Made by a program: the position numbers and the translations under genes. A DNA stretch of 63,550 bases, counting the filler, from Neolecta irregularis DAH-3 (taxonomy: Eukaryota): the NCBI GenBank assembly GCA_001929475.1. It is 11 parts of 11 records of this genome, joined end to end, with 100 filler letters (N's around TTAATTAATTAA, not from the genome) between each part and the next. Parts side by side here need not be neighbours in the genome. Positions count along the whole stretch, not along the records: positions 1 to 13,735 come from LXFE01000523.1; 10 more parts are not named here. One strand, given 5' to 3'. Numbering within the stretch: position 1 is the stretch's first letter; the number at the start of each line of letters is the position of its first letter. Shown here piece after piece: positions 1 through 12,476 of the stretch. A model generated the notes under the pieces. That model had not been told where the DNA came from. It worked only from the letters and a program-made list of their open reading frames with translations, and searched no databases.

Positions 1-199
1 CAAGGAATTGTTCTTGTGTTGGTCTTAATTTATGTTTATTTTCGTGGCTTGTGTGGTGATTTGTCAAACATTGGATGCAACCAACAAAAGTGGAACAAGT
101 TTCCATTTTTAATAGGTGGTGTGGGAGTAATTTTGGTTTGGAAATTTACGTTTGTTTTTGGGCGAGGTGTCGCGTTTAGGGGGGTGTCGCTTAAATCGG

Positions 200-278
200 T
201 GTTGAGCTTATCCAACCCGCCCAATTACCCAACAGCCCGCCGGAGCACTCTTCAGTGGGCGGGCGGTTGGCCACACTG
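200..278. mobile_element. Probable terminus of a CAG-ended DNA transposon/MITE (hAT-like TIR with CCCGCC subterminal motifs)
   Basis: Ends TTGGCCACACTG at 278. This is a one-mismatch copy of the TIR TGGACACACTG at 24508-24518, and several CCCGCC/GGCGGG motifs precede it. Confidence 0.4.
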
Positions 279-339
279 GCTGTTGCTTAGACTAGGTCTA
301 TTTTCAGAGGAAATATGCCATATGATGTTTGCTTTCTCG

Positions 340-655
340 CAAGTTCTTTTCCAAATTCCACTAAACCTTTATGAAAGGAAAATCCGTCACCTTGCCAGAT
401 TGCAGGTCGATGTGCATACTGTTACATGTCTATCATATGATTCACCTACCATCTAGGGAAGGTTTTAGATCTCCGTAAATAGTATCTTCTCCGGAGATCT
501 TTCTTATTGGAGCATGTAGGTGAAGATAATATATCCCTATCGCTATCGTTCGAAAGCTTCCTTATAATTAGGATTGAGATAGATCCGACCCGGCATGATT
601 TGAATAGACTTCACGTAGTCAATTTTTCAAAGGCAGTTCAAATTCATATTTACTG
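340..655 (-). pseudogene. Possible degraded protein kinase remnant
   Basis: The minus strand reads ...FRTIAIGIYYLH...IYGDLKP with in-frame stops nearby, and KVTDF lies further downstream. These resemble kinase subdomains VIa-VII. Confidence 0.3.
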
Positions 656-723
656 AAATTCTAGAGAAAACATGTAATACAAAGACATCTATGAATGTAT
701 CCCCCTTAGTCGCTTGCCAAATA

Positions 724-1494
724 TCAAAAAGATTCATCATCCAAACTTTGCCGTCGATCAGTCAGTTTTAAATGGTGCAGTAATCTGGGCCTTCTATTCT
801 TTTCTCTATAATCCTGGTCTGCTCGATCTGCAGCAACAACAGCCGAATCAAAATCAGAATACAAAGTTTCACAAAAGCCTTCCAGATGTGTGACACCTTG
901 CAGAAATCTTTCCAAGAGATCATCTTCCGTAACAGCATTCGCAGGACTGAATAGGTTTATTGTATTTCTTAGGTTCCGTAAATCATTTGCAAAGTTTCTG
1001 ACTGTAGAAGTCACTACAATTTTCTTCCACTGGTGCCACAACTCGAATTTGTAATTCCAAGGTTTCCAATAGAGTACGAACTCAGCTTTGAACTGTTCCC
1101 ATGTAGGATCTTCCGATAGATCTCGATAGGTGTGATCGAACCATATCCGTGCGTCTCCATCAAAATAGGTCGAGGCGAAGAGAAGTTTCTCAGATGGAGG
1201 TATTTTCGTCAGATTCAAATAATCGTTCATATTATGCACCCATTCATAAACACAGTTGATATCTCGCTTTCCTGTGTATACACTGGGTTGGCGATAATGG
1301 AAAGTTGGCGGTAGTTTAGGCTCCTCCTCTTGACATGGATTCGCTTTGAAATTCTCTCGAAATTCCTTGAGCTCCATGTTTGTCTTGGCTTGTTCTATCT
1401 TCAAACTCTTGAGTTCATTTAACAACAATATTATAGGCGAGGGTACAGCTGGAAGTCCATGTTGGGGTGGAGGCATGTGTGATGCCTTGGTCAT
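724..1494 (-). CDS. Ty3/Gypsy-type Gag (capsid) protein, stand-alone, 256 aa
   Basis: PSVYTGKRD..VYEWVHNMNDYL...KLLFASTYFDGDARIWF...TWEQFKAEF...V..FANDLRNL...LLERFLQG is typical of the retrotransposon Gag capsid. The ORF is intronless, and no CCHC knuckle or pol follows. Confidence 0.85.
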   Translation of the reverse strand: MTKASHMPPPQHGLPAVPSPIILLLNELKSLKIEQAKTNMELKEFRENFKANPCQEEEPKLPPTFHYRQPSVYTGKRDINCVYEWVHNMNDYLNLTKIPPSEKLLFASTYFDGDARIWFDHTYRDLSEDPTWEQFKAEFVLYWKPWNYKFELWHQWKKIVVTSTVRNFANDLRNLRNTINLFSPANAVTEDDLLERFLQGVTHLEGFCETLYSDFDSAVVAADRADQDYREKNRRPRLLHHLKLTDRRQSLDDESF

Positions 1495-2447
1495 CTTTGG
1501 AACTATGTGTAAAATGGATGGTGACTAGGTTGTTTGGTTCAGGAACATTTTGGGAAACGGGAGCGGAAAGCAGAGCTTTTACACTAGATTGTAGGAGTTT
1601 ACCTAGGCCGGAAAATTCCAAAAAGATAGTGGTGGAACTCACAAGGAACTAAGACATTTGTATTCTTCGCAGCCTCATGGTGATATAGCTGGACCATAGG
1701 GGAATCTGCGACAATGAAGGAACAAGAACTGTCCTCGCGGAAGTTCTCTTCCGGAAACCTCGTTGTGGCGCATCCGCATGAGGAAGCGTAGGCGCATCCA
1801 ATCGCAGAATCCGACCGCAGAGCCTAATGTAGTCTGAAGATTAATTTACTCTTAAAACACGTCTCATTTGCATGCTTTAGGTAAGCATGGCGGAGATGAA
1901 TACCTAATGGCTTCATTTTATGATCCCAATATCCCGAGAACTGTATGATATTTTTGCACGAAACACCACAGGTAATGATTGCAGCAGTAGCTCCCTGAGT
2001 CTGATCGAGATTTAGAACTATGATTGTTGGTAAAGCGTTAATACCGAAAAGGGAGTTCGTCCTTTTAGGTTTTACGAGATTCTCAGACCATTTTGAAGGC
2101 GCGAAACAAGAGAACCGGGATTCCTCATTTTCAAAGGTTGTTCCGCTCGCTACTTTGTCACAAAAAAGTAGTGAGACAATGCGCGCCTTCCTCTCCTTGT
2201 GCCCGCCATTGATGCCCAACCTTCTGTTGTCCTCTATCATGCCAATCTTCCAATCATCCCTTTATAATTCCTCCATTTCTCTATTCTATCCCACGCTCAA
2301 ATATATTCATATGGAGCCGGGATTTCCCTTGGAAAGACAGAGATAGAAAAATCTTGTAAATACTGAAGATGACATATTCCAAGAAATTCGGGAGTCCCAG
2401 AGGTACCTGGCGTAAATTCGAAGAGTATATATCAAGATATTGTTTAC

Positions 2448-4467
2448 TTATACCGTTACTTCCCAGATCTTAATGGCATCACCACCAGAGGTGACAATTC
2501 TTGTATTGTCTATCCATCTGACTCCAGTCGCACCACCCTTGTGCGCATTCTTAATCGAAATGTTTTGACTCGGTCTCTCAATTGAATAAACAAAAATGTT
2601 AGTATCTAGACTTGAGGTTGCGGCATGAGATCCAGAACCATTCCATGCAATTCCCGTAATTCTACCGGTATGGTAAACCCATTTTGAAGTATGAACTTTG
2701 TAATCGGGCAACGAATATACTGTGATTCGGCCGCTTGATTCCCCTGCCGCTAAATGTGTCCCAGTTGGTGAATATGATATATATGTGACAGCAGAGCGAT
2801 GGATGGTGAAGGCGAGGTCTTCGGAGGGCATTGTTCCGTTCAAGGTGTATACATGTATCGAATTGTCCTGAGAATAAAAAAGAGAATACGGTGAGTACCT
2901 ATACCGTAGCTCCGACAGCAAACTCCGCCTTCAAAGGATGCGCAGCGACGCTTGATGGTTCAAAGGTAGTTGCAAGATCATGAACGGACTTTCCGCTTTG
3001 TAGAATATGTATTTTTGAATTAGTAATGATAATTGTTATGCCCCCAGCAATTGCTAGACCCCTTGGTTGATCTCCTAAGGGCTGTATTGAAACGCTAAAT
3101 AATGAAAAATAACATTACTCATCATGGATGTACCTTGAACTCTTCGAACTGTAATCCATACTTCGGAAGGTATCATCCATAGCCACGCTATACACAACGG
3201 TTTCATTGCCTTCTACCTGAATAACCTGATTCGTGTGAGCGTTAGAAGCCCTAGCCGAACCAAAGGCAGTATCCCAAAGACAGATTCGACCATCATATGA
3301 CCCCGAGAATATCGTATTAGAATCCTGGGATATTCCGAGAGCAGTTATGGATTTCTGATGACCAGATATATTCCTCGTAGGCTTTGCAGAGCTACGATCA
3401 AGGTAATTGATTGTCCCGTCGTATGAAAGAGATATCATCTGTGATCCTGCAAAGACGTTTCCGACTTGTTGATGAGTCGGAGAAGGAGTCGCTGAGAATG
3501 ACCAAGTTCTAGTATGTTAACCAAAGCAAACATAGGGAGCATGCGTAACAATTCTGTTCGCCGCGATGTCCCACAGTTTTGTAGTATGATCCGCACTCGA
3601 AGTCGCCACAAATTTAGAGGAAGGATCCCAAGAGACAGAAAAAATTGATCCTCTATGACCTTCAGCGCTTCTTAGTTCAGTGATTGTTTCTCCAGTATTT
3701 CCATTGTGCAAAAATACTTTTGCATCGGCACCGACAGTGATGAATGTTTCTCCATCAGGCGAAAATCGGACGTCGTGGACGAAATTACTATGAACAGATA
3801 TAGTAGTATTATACCTGTACGGTACACCATGATAGAACACAATGTTGCGGTCATCAGAGACAGTAGCGGCTCGAAAGGGCCGCTGACGTCGAATAGAGAC
3901 AGCATTGATTACCGCAGAATGACCTTGTATTTCGCCAACTGAATTCCCAGAATCAAATAAGAATGCATGGCCAAGCCTTGCAATTAGAAAAAGCCCAATC
4001 TAGAGGTTGAGAATGCCTCTCTTTCCCATTCCCAACCGCAATCACTCGTTTTGAGTCTTCATCCCAAGAAAGATCGTTTACGCGACCTGAAATAACTTTG
4101 ATTTCATTCTTCAAGATTGATTCTTCCCTTGTGGCATCCCAAATTCTGACAATTCCATTATCATCTGGTTGATTACCAAGTGTTCGAAAGTGGTATAAGT
4201 ACCAGCTGAAGCAACATAATAACCGCTTGGAGAGAACTTTGCAACCGTAGTTGCAGCAACATGTTGTGTATACTGCTTCGAGAATGCGGGATTGTCGATA
4301 TTTCGAAGGAATATCGAACGATTTGAAGCATATGCCAATTGCTCTTGTTTGGGATCGACTGATAAATGAACTGGTTGACCGCGGTGCGTAGTTGGTTGAT
4401 TTGCAAAAATTGACACTGATCGCATTAGATAGAGCAATTCTGTGCTGATACAATTTTTTATAGACAT
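2448..4467 (-). CDS. AIP1: WD40-repeat actin-interacting protein 1 (Aip1/WDR1), multi-exon
   Basis: PTTHRGQPVHLS, YTQH..TTVAKFSPSGYYVAS, ISGRVNDLSWDEDSKRVIAVG, HSNFVHDVRFSPDG, GHQKSITAL and WVYHTGRITGIAW...AATSSLDTNIFVYS are spread across consecutive exons. Confidence 0.92.
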
Positions 4468-4710
4468 GGCTTATAATTTAAAATCTGAAGAGAAGTTATA
4501 GGGTTGGTGTTTTGTTATCAGGCATTCACTGCCGTTGTTCAGAGCCATATTAGTCATTCGTAAAAGAATGAATACAGAGTACAAAAACAGGTCAGGATTG
4601 TAGACCCCAACCGCTAAGTTGGCCCTGGTCCTAAAACTTGAATACAAAAATGAAGGAAATAAAATAAAAAACAAAAAATTAGAGAAGTCTGACCCAAAAT
4701 ACGAGTGTCT

Positions 4711-6428
4711 TTATCCACCTCTAAAATCGGCTTGAGGAGCATCAAAAACACGAATCCGTTTTCTTGGTCGAGCGGACTCGTCGGTTTGGTGAGAATAAAG
4801 GGCATGGCTAACAGTACCCTGAGCTTGGGATCGGAAGGACATGAATGTGGGGTTTGAAGCACCTATCGATACAGATTGGCTTTGAATAGCTTGTTTTTTA
4901 GCCTGAGGTGATAAATTTCTGATACAGTTAGAAGTTCCGTTGACTCCTCTGAAAGGGATTGCTCCACGATCATTTTCCATTTCTTCTATAAATGTCCAAA
5001 CATAGTTCCAAATAGTAGTGTTACTTCGCAGATCTGCTGCTTGTCCTCGAATGTAGTGTCGCATAGCTTTGATGTCACTTGCGAGTTCAGAGATTCGTCG
5101 ATTTCGATAAGTATAGAGCATCATCGCAACAGCCATGAATTCAATAGGTGAAAACTTCTTCGATTTGGCGGATACCCATTTATGTGTGAAAACATCAGGG
5201 TAGTCTTTGACAAGCTTGTCATATTTATCAAAAAGCTCCGTGACCATAAGGCGATAAGAGGGTGGGATAGTGCGCTCTTTAGACATCATATCCCGAACTT
5301 TCGTTCCGGTAGTTAGCCATTTAATGGGCTTTGCAAGATCATCTTCCTCGTCCCGACGTCTCATCATCAACAACGCTACTGCAATAAATTGGAAGTCCTT
5401 CTGACGATGAGTATCAAGAACTTTTGAATAGGATCAGTAAATGAATTGAAGAAAACCTACGACTGATGACATGCTTGCAATTCTTCTTGATCTCGTGGAT
5501 TAATTTATGATACGGGGAAGTTGAAGCACTTAGCTTTTCAGCAGGTGTTAAAGGAATACCCATTTGAACCCGTCCGAATAAATCTTCTTCCTGCGACCTA
5601 GATAATCTACGATATTCAACTTCATATTGTAAGTATCTTGTAATGTGAAAAGACATACTGCACAATATATGGTATTGGTCGAACTCTTTACGTATCTTTT
5701 CATCAAGCACATGGCACGCTTTACTGCCAGAAGTATTGACGTAGTACCACTTGCGCTTTCTATGGTCGGTATATGGAATCTATGTTCAAACGTAAGACAA
5801 AAGCGTCAATAAAGAACGCCGGAATGCGTACATCTCCATCCATGAATCTCTAGTGTTAGTCAGAAGCCAAAGGGATTTCGAGCTTTCATACCTTCGCAAC
5901 GTAGTAAGACGTTGTTTACCGTCAACACACACCCGAAATATTTCCGCTTGAGTGAGATCATTGTCACGTACTAGAGCTGAAGTGCTGAAAATCAACGGTG
6001 GGATATCTAAAACGTTACTCCTATTAGCACCGGCAGAATACAGAAATTATTGAATAAAGAGTTAATAAGACCGGCCATTCTTTTTGCTACATTTTTAGCA
6101 TACAAGTATTTGTGGATTTGTCTTACGATCCCAAACAACATCTGCTCATTAGATCAAGCTAAATCTGTCGATATTACCTCGTTGATATTCCGGGTCCAAC
6201 TCAATCTTACTGTCGATCATAAGGTCTTTAAGAACATAAATCACTGCGGTGATAATAGCTCATACCATACAAATGCCGAATTGTCTGATTTGTCGTGAGA
6301 GGTTCAGGAAGAGTTTCCGGAAATTGCAACCCCTCTTCCTCACCAGAATCCCCTTCAGACTCTCTATCTCCATCTCCATCTTGATCTTCTTCTTCATCAT
6401 ATTCTTCCTGTGCTTTTGCAGGCGGCAT
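4711..6428 (-). CDS. DUF262 / GmrSD N-terminal (ParB-Srx-like) domain protein, multi-exon
   Basis: All three DUF262 motifs occur in order after an acidic N-terminus: IELDPEYQR (about 6180-6207), VCVDGKQRLT and LFGRVQMGIPLTPAEKL. Confidence 0.8.
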
Positions 6429-7331
6429 GTGGCGACTTTTAAATGGTCGTTGGGGTGAAGCTCATTTTGAAGCTAACCACCCCAAACAGAGGTATGTTGC
6501 AAGAGGATTATTCAAACATCAAATCCAAGTTGGAAAAACTTACTCGTACTCATTCAGAAAATTTTGAACAAAATCTCTATAAGAAATGGACATGAACCTT
6601 CCTCCTTCATAATACTTGAAAGGGCCACAACCAATCTCTTATCCACTTATCCAGTCCATTAAAATTAATCTCAAAATAAATCTCAAAATAAAGGCTACTC
6701 ACTGCAAAGACCTCTAATGTTGGGGCTGCATGACAGGCCAAATAAGAACAGAAAAAAAGCCTCCTGTTTCTCTAACTAAAAATGTTTGTCTGGCCAGTGT
6801 ATGATTGACATATAACTGGCGAAAAGAACTCGGAATATTCCGAAGGCTACGTATACGAGGGCAGTCTTATCATAAGAAGAGGCAGTTCTATAACCGGCTT
6901 TTTCGAATCAGTAACATCATTCCTGCGGTTCTTCTGTCTCTACATCTGATGTTTGGTGAGCCTTCAGATTTTCCCCTTATCCCTTGAAATTTATGAAGCT
7001 GATAGCATCAGCCGACCAAGGTTCACGTGTTGAGGAAAGGGTGAATGAGGCGTTATTGTTTTCATGCGATGTCTCAACATTCCAATTAATTAAACTTTGT
7101 TTTCAGTATCACTCAGCCCCCTCTATTGACTCCCGACCAAAACAATTCATTCCTTTTCACTCTCACCGTTAGTCCTTCGCTTTGTTGTCTCATACAGTCT
7201 CGTCATTCTTTTGTCTCACCCTCCTTTCAAATGGGTAATTGTCTTGAGACATCGAATTATAATTTTTTACTTATGGTCTAGTTTCCGCACTAGCACGGTC
7301 GCTAATTATCGGAGGAAGTTTAACTGGGAAA

Positions 7332-9086
7332 ATGTTTCTTGGAGCTTCCAATATCCATCAACGTGAAATAGCTTCAGGAATCGCAGCGGCCCATCAATCC
7401 TCTCTAGTTTCTGGAAGTCTTACTACGGCAGCACAGGCTACAGCCTCAACCCAGATTATTCCCGCCCAAATCACGGATACTCAACATTCGGGTTTGAATT
7501 TAGCAGCGGTAATTGGACTTTGTGTGGGTGTATCGCTTGTTGGTCTTGCCTTGATAGGTCTCTTCTGTTACAGGAAACAGCAGCAATCCAGGTTTCGACA
7601 ATTGGTCGGAGCGAGCCCAAACATTGAGAAGAGGCCGCTTAATAAAAGAAGTGACGCAACCTTGTCCCATCGTCGCGAGATATCCACTGATGGGTTTGAT
7701 TTCGGTGGATTAGTTCCGACGGTTCAAGCACCTTCTCGCTTTTCTACCGACGGCAACGAGAAATCCAGTCCATCTCATAATCATATTCCCTTTCCAGAAA
7801 TGCAATATACCAATATGCCCAGAGGACCTTCACCGATACCTAATGTTTCACGAACCGCCACACTAACTCATGATTTCACAGGCCCAGAGAAATCTTCAAC
7901 TCCTCCTTGGCAAAAATCTATCTCCCAAATGGAACCCCCTCAGAATAATGGAAATTCTGTAAGGGGATTACGACAATCGTTTCGCAACTACCCTGCGCCT
8001 ATACACCATCATACATGGAACGATACAGATCCACAACCTTCGCCTACTGACACTTATCCAACCCGTGAAATATATCCTATGAACCACTTTCCACGCGGAG
8101 ATCTTGGACAATATTCACAGCAATTTCACTCAAGCAGCGACTTGCCAAGATCCCAGAGCGCAATGGCAATGAGATCCAATGGACCCCATCAGATACCTGT
8201 TCTTCGATCAGAAAGCGCGCTGGACATTAGATATCATCGACATCAGAAAATCCAACCGAACTTTCCGTTCAGCAATTCATCCCGCCAGCAGCTCGTTGTC
8301 AACCGACAAAGGCCTCTTACACCAGTTGATCGGCGCCCTCTGAATCCAGTAATGTTCAATCGCAATGTAACATCGGTAAGTAAACCACTGTCTCCACCAC
8401 CCAGTCTTCAACCATCACCAGCTCGATCACCGGTCGTTCAATCTCCACACCGTCTTAATACACCACCTTCTCGGGTACTGAAACAAGGAAGAAGAGCAAG
8501 TCCTCCTAGCCCTCTCAGTTTACCACCTGTTCTTCCTTCACACAAGGATGATGATGTGCTCTCTCTACGATATGAAGATTTCGCTTCGCCAGCATCAGAA
8601 ACTTTTGCACTACCTCAAATTTCGCCTACGACATCACCTCCTAAGGTGCCGACTCCAGCCCTTCCACCTTCTGTTTCACTGACGAGATCACCGAGCGTCC
8701 AAAGTGTTGTTAGTACGAGCAGTAGTATTCTTGATCAACCATTGACGACCCAGCAACAATGGCAAAAGCAATCCCATATCCTGAAAGATAAATCGAGATT
8801 AGATATTCCTTCGACACCCGGTCGTACACCAAGTCTTGCTGCCAAAACAGCGTGGGCTGAGAAACGTATGTTGCTCAAAGGTCTACTCGATACGAAGGAC
8901 CAAAAGCCGCCAGTTCCTGCTGTTTCTAAATATGTGCTGTCAGCTTCTTCAACGGGTCGCGCGTCTTACAACAGTCCTACAGAAAGCATGTTTGATATTT
9001 ACGAAAGCGTCGTTTCTACACACAAACAGAATGGTCACGAACCAGCGATCCCCGACAATGAGAAAGAGAATGTTCTTACCCTTTAA
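7332..9086 (+). CDS. Single-pass membrane protein with long Pro/Ser-rich disordered tail, function unknown
   Basis: 584-aa ORF with hydrophobic helix LAAVIGLCVGVSLVGLALIGLFCY followed by RK. The remainder is low complexity. Confidence 0.7.
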   Translation: MFLGASNIHQREIASGIAAAHQSSLVSGSLTTAAQATASTQIIPAQITDTQHSGLNLAAVIGLCVGVSLVGLALIGLFCYRKQQQSRFRQLVGASPNIEKRPLNKRSDATLSHRREISTDGFDFGGLVPTVQAPSRFSTDGNEKSSPSHNHIPFPEMQYTNMPRGPSPIPNVSRTATLTHDFTGPEKSSTPPWQKSISQMEPPQNNGNSVRGLRQSFRNYPAPIHHHTWNDTDPQPSPTDTYPTREIYPMNHFPRGDLGQYSQQFHSSSDLPRSQSAMAMRSNGPHQIPVLRSESALDIRYHRHQKIQPNFPFSNSSRQQLVVNRQRPLTPVDRRPLNPVMFNRNVTSVSKPLSPPPSLQPSPARSPVVQSPHRLNTPPSRVLKQGRRASPPSPLSLPPVLPSHKDDDVLSLRYEDFASPASETFALPQISPTTSPPKVPTPALPPSVSLTRSPSVQSVVSTSSSILDQPLTTQQQWQKQSHILKDKSRLDIPSTPGRTPSLAAKTAWAEKRMLLKGLLDTKDQKPPVPAVSKYVLSASSTGRASYNSPTESMFDIYESVVSTHKQNGHEPAIPDNEKENVLTL

Positions 9087-9397
9087 ATTTTTAAATATCA
9101 GTTTGATACCTCGGTCTGTAAATATTTCTCACGCTGTAAATTTGTCTATTTTTTCCAAAGTATTGAAAGCTTCTGCTCTGCAAGAATGGTAGACGTCAAT
9201 CGGTGTACTGCTCATGTTACGACTAAAATAGTATAATCTCAAGTACATCCTTTACGCGCGGAGTCTGATTCATTGAACGCGGCAATTTGGTGGAGAGTTT
9301 GTTTACATGTTTTGCTTTAAGTTGTCATCCCAACCTCCGTCCTTCTGCCGGCTTAATCACGGTTAATTGCTTCATTGCCGTCCTGTTACTTCGAAAG

Positions 9398-12300
9398 ATG
9401 GCCGCTTCCTTACTTCCCAGATGTTTTCCATGTATTGTTCAAGCGTTATACTCCTGGGGTGGAGAGAATAAAGGTTCGCCTGAGAAAGCTAGCGTTGCAC
9501 CACTGAGTCGTAGGTGACTTGGGGTTCATTGAGGGGGATACAATCGAAGCATTAAATGCAGGAGATGGGCAATGGTGGTTTGGAAGATTACGGCGGAATC
9601 GAACAACTGGGGTTTTCCCGTCAAATTTCGTTAAAGTGCTGTATGGAGGATTCTCTTCATAACAAAACTAATCACCAAGTGATGACTCTTCAATTGTCCC
9701 GCGACCAGCAGGTTCGGCTTCGAGATGTCGGTCTACAACTCCTAGTCGAGAGCTGTCAAAGTCAAGACCTACCACTCCGTATGAGAATCAATACTTGACT
9801 AGAGCAACAACTCCCCACGCTTTCCCTGGTCATCCTCAGTCCTCTATGCAATGCATACCTCCCACTTCGCGATCACCTTCTCCCGAATTACACAACAATA
9901 GATCGCCTTTTGCCCAAAATCGTTACCCACGAAGTTCTTCCCCACCACTGTATGTTGCGAGAAGCCCCTCTCCCAAGCCTATTTCCAGAGCTTCTTCGGC
10001 CCAGCCGCACTATTCGAGAGCATCATCTCCGCAGCTATGTTATGATAGGCCGACTTCTCCTCAATCATACCAAGGAAGAACTACAAATCCTTTAGATCCA
10101 CCTGTTCCTCCACCACATCAACAGCCACGTGTTCGCAGTCCGTCTCCTCGGCTTAACAGAACTCCTTCTCCTTTAAGGTTCGCAATGCAAGATGTCTTGG
10201 AATCTCTGGAGGGTTTGAGAAATCCAAGTCCAGATGTTTCGGCTTCGATACCGTATCATCCCGATGACAAGGAAGATACCGAAGATGAACAGTATGATGA
10301 TATAGTACCCCGTCGCCCGAACACTTCGTTGGGTCACAGTACAAAGTCTGCATGGCGTGATTCAAATGGAATAAATCAATATCCCGAAGATATGAAGCCA
10401 CCTGTTCCCCTCACGTATGCCGAACGGATGGAAAACAAGATTTTGAGGATAGAAGAAGGAATATCCCGTTCTGGAGATCCAGTTAGGTTTCCAACACCAG
10501 CTCCTCCTCCGCATCGTTCGGGAACCTTCCGATCTAACCATTCTTACCAGCAATCGGTCTTTTCTGGACATTCTCATTCGACAAACGCGACAAGTATTTC
10601 TGGTTGCAGTGCGGCTTCAGGTGCCTCACATGGTCGTTGTAAACGAACCATGGATTTCGGAAGTGTCCCTTCTGAGCAGCCCGTAACTAGGAGTACCACT
10701 AATTTTGATCGACCTCATACGTCCATGTCAGTCATGGGTCCTCCTCCTATTTTGAAGACAAAGAAAAGTGGTTTGATGAAGGGAAAAATGATATTTACCA
10801 AGATTCTTGGCGTGGGAAATTCGAATATCAAAAATGTTCATTCGATTCAACCAACCGGAGCAGGGTGGCAGGAAGCTCGGCGAGATGTCAATCGGTCGAA
10901 CAGTCCATCATTGAAGGAGCGAGAGGAAAAATGGAGGAATATCGAACTTGAAGGATATAAAGTTCTTGAACCAATCGTGATTTTGGAACAAGAAGTTGAT
11001 GGTGATGAGAATGCGAACGGTGGGGTTGTCGAGAGCAATTCCCGCCTAAACATAGACAGTATGCTTTCGGTCAGATAAAAACTAATTCTAGAACTCAATT
11101 TCTCGTTAGTGGATAAAACTACAAGATATATAACAACATTACCTCCCCATTCAACGCCGGCAAACCTGGCTACTGGCCTGATTTGTCGTCCATATCGAAA
11201 TGACATCCAAAGACTTCGAGCTATTTTCGTCTTTCTAGCTGAAAAGATATCCTGGGAGAATGGAATGCTTGATCGCGAAGACGATGACTCTATATGTCGA
11301 CGAGTCCTCAAAACCCGTAGGGCAAGTTCAGACGAGCTTGTCGTTGTTATGCGGGCAATGTGCGAAGGTATTGAAATCCCTTGTGAGATCATTCGTGGCT
11401 ATATCAAAAGTAAGTTTGGAATACATATTGCGACTGACAGAACAGCGCCAGGAGAAGTGATTGATATTGACTCAAGGCTTAAATCAAACCATGTATGGAA
11501 CGCAGTACTCGTTGAAGGAGAGTGGAGAATTATTGATGCGTCACTCGCGAGTCCAACTCATCCTCGTCAGAGGCAATTTTCTAATACGGCTGCTGCTGAG
11601 TCATTTTTTTTCCTTACACCACCCTCGAATGCGTTGTATACTCATTTACCCATAGATTCTCGACATCAGCATATTATTCCTCCTCTGAGTCGCGAGATTC
11701 TCCTTTCACTTCCATACGCTTGTCCAGCTTTCTTTCGATATAATCTTCGACTAGTTAACTTTTATACGTCGCTGCTTCGCCTGAAAGATCTGGAGTGTGT
11801 ACAGATCGATATTCAGGTCCCTGATGATGTCGAATGTGTGGTTGAAACAGAGGCTAGGGCTTTTACTACGGATCTCGAAGGAGATATCTTTGATGGTGGT
11901 GATCTCGAAAGGAAACCAGGACTTAGTCAAGCTATGTGGGTCAACAACCTGAAAATTTTCAGAGTCAAAGGTATACTTCCAGGAGATCAGGCGCGGGGAG
12001 TCTTGAATGTTTATGCCGGAAAGAAAGGGTTGATGGTGCGTTGCCAGTTTCCCAAGTTAATAATCTAGCATTCTATAAAAGACAACCCTCACTCCATAGC
12101 TCTCGCCATTCCTATATCGCATACTGGTGAAAATGCACCATATTCATTCGTTCCAAGACATCCAACCCCACATGCTATGCGTCATGATCTCTATATTCGC
12201 CAACCCCAATGCGAATTTCTCCACCTTAACAACACCTACGTTTTCTCAATCCGCCAATTCCCCTCCTCCAAATTATGCATCACTAAACCCGCAAAGCTTG

Positions 12301-12476
12301 CTCTCCAGCTGCCAAGCGGAAAATTGGTGAAGCTTCAACAAAATAAATACGACGTTGAAAAGAATACATGGGAAGTCCAACTTAAAATTGTTGAACCAGG
12401 TGTCTATCGAGGTCTTGTTCTTAGTGAACGGCTCAGCAGTTACTGCGTTTTTGCGGAGTGGAAGTGTATTGCCTGA
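9398..12476 (+). CDS. CYK3: Cytokinesis protein Cyk3 (SH3 + transglutaminase-like domain), multi-exon
   Basis: Spliced SH3 domain ALYSWGGE..GDLGFIEGD..GDGQWWFG..GVFPSNFV, a Pro/Ser-rich linker, and a transglutaminase-like region IRGYIK..PGE..NHVWNAVLVEGEWRIIDASLA. Confidence 0.9.

Noticed and set aside
16-456. 146-aa plus-strand ORF at the window start
   Set aside because: GTG start, no motifs, and it spans a transposon-end-like sequence. Likely spurious.
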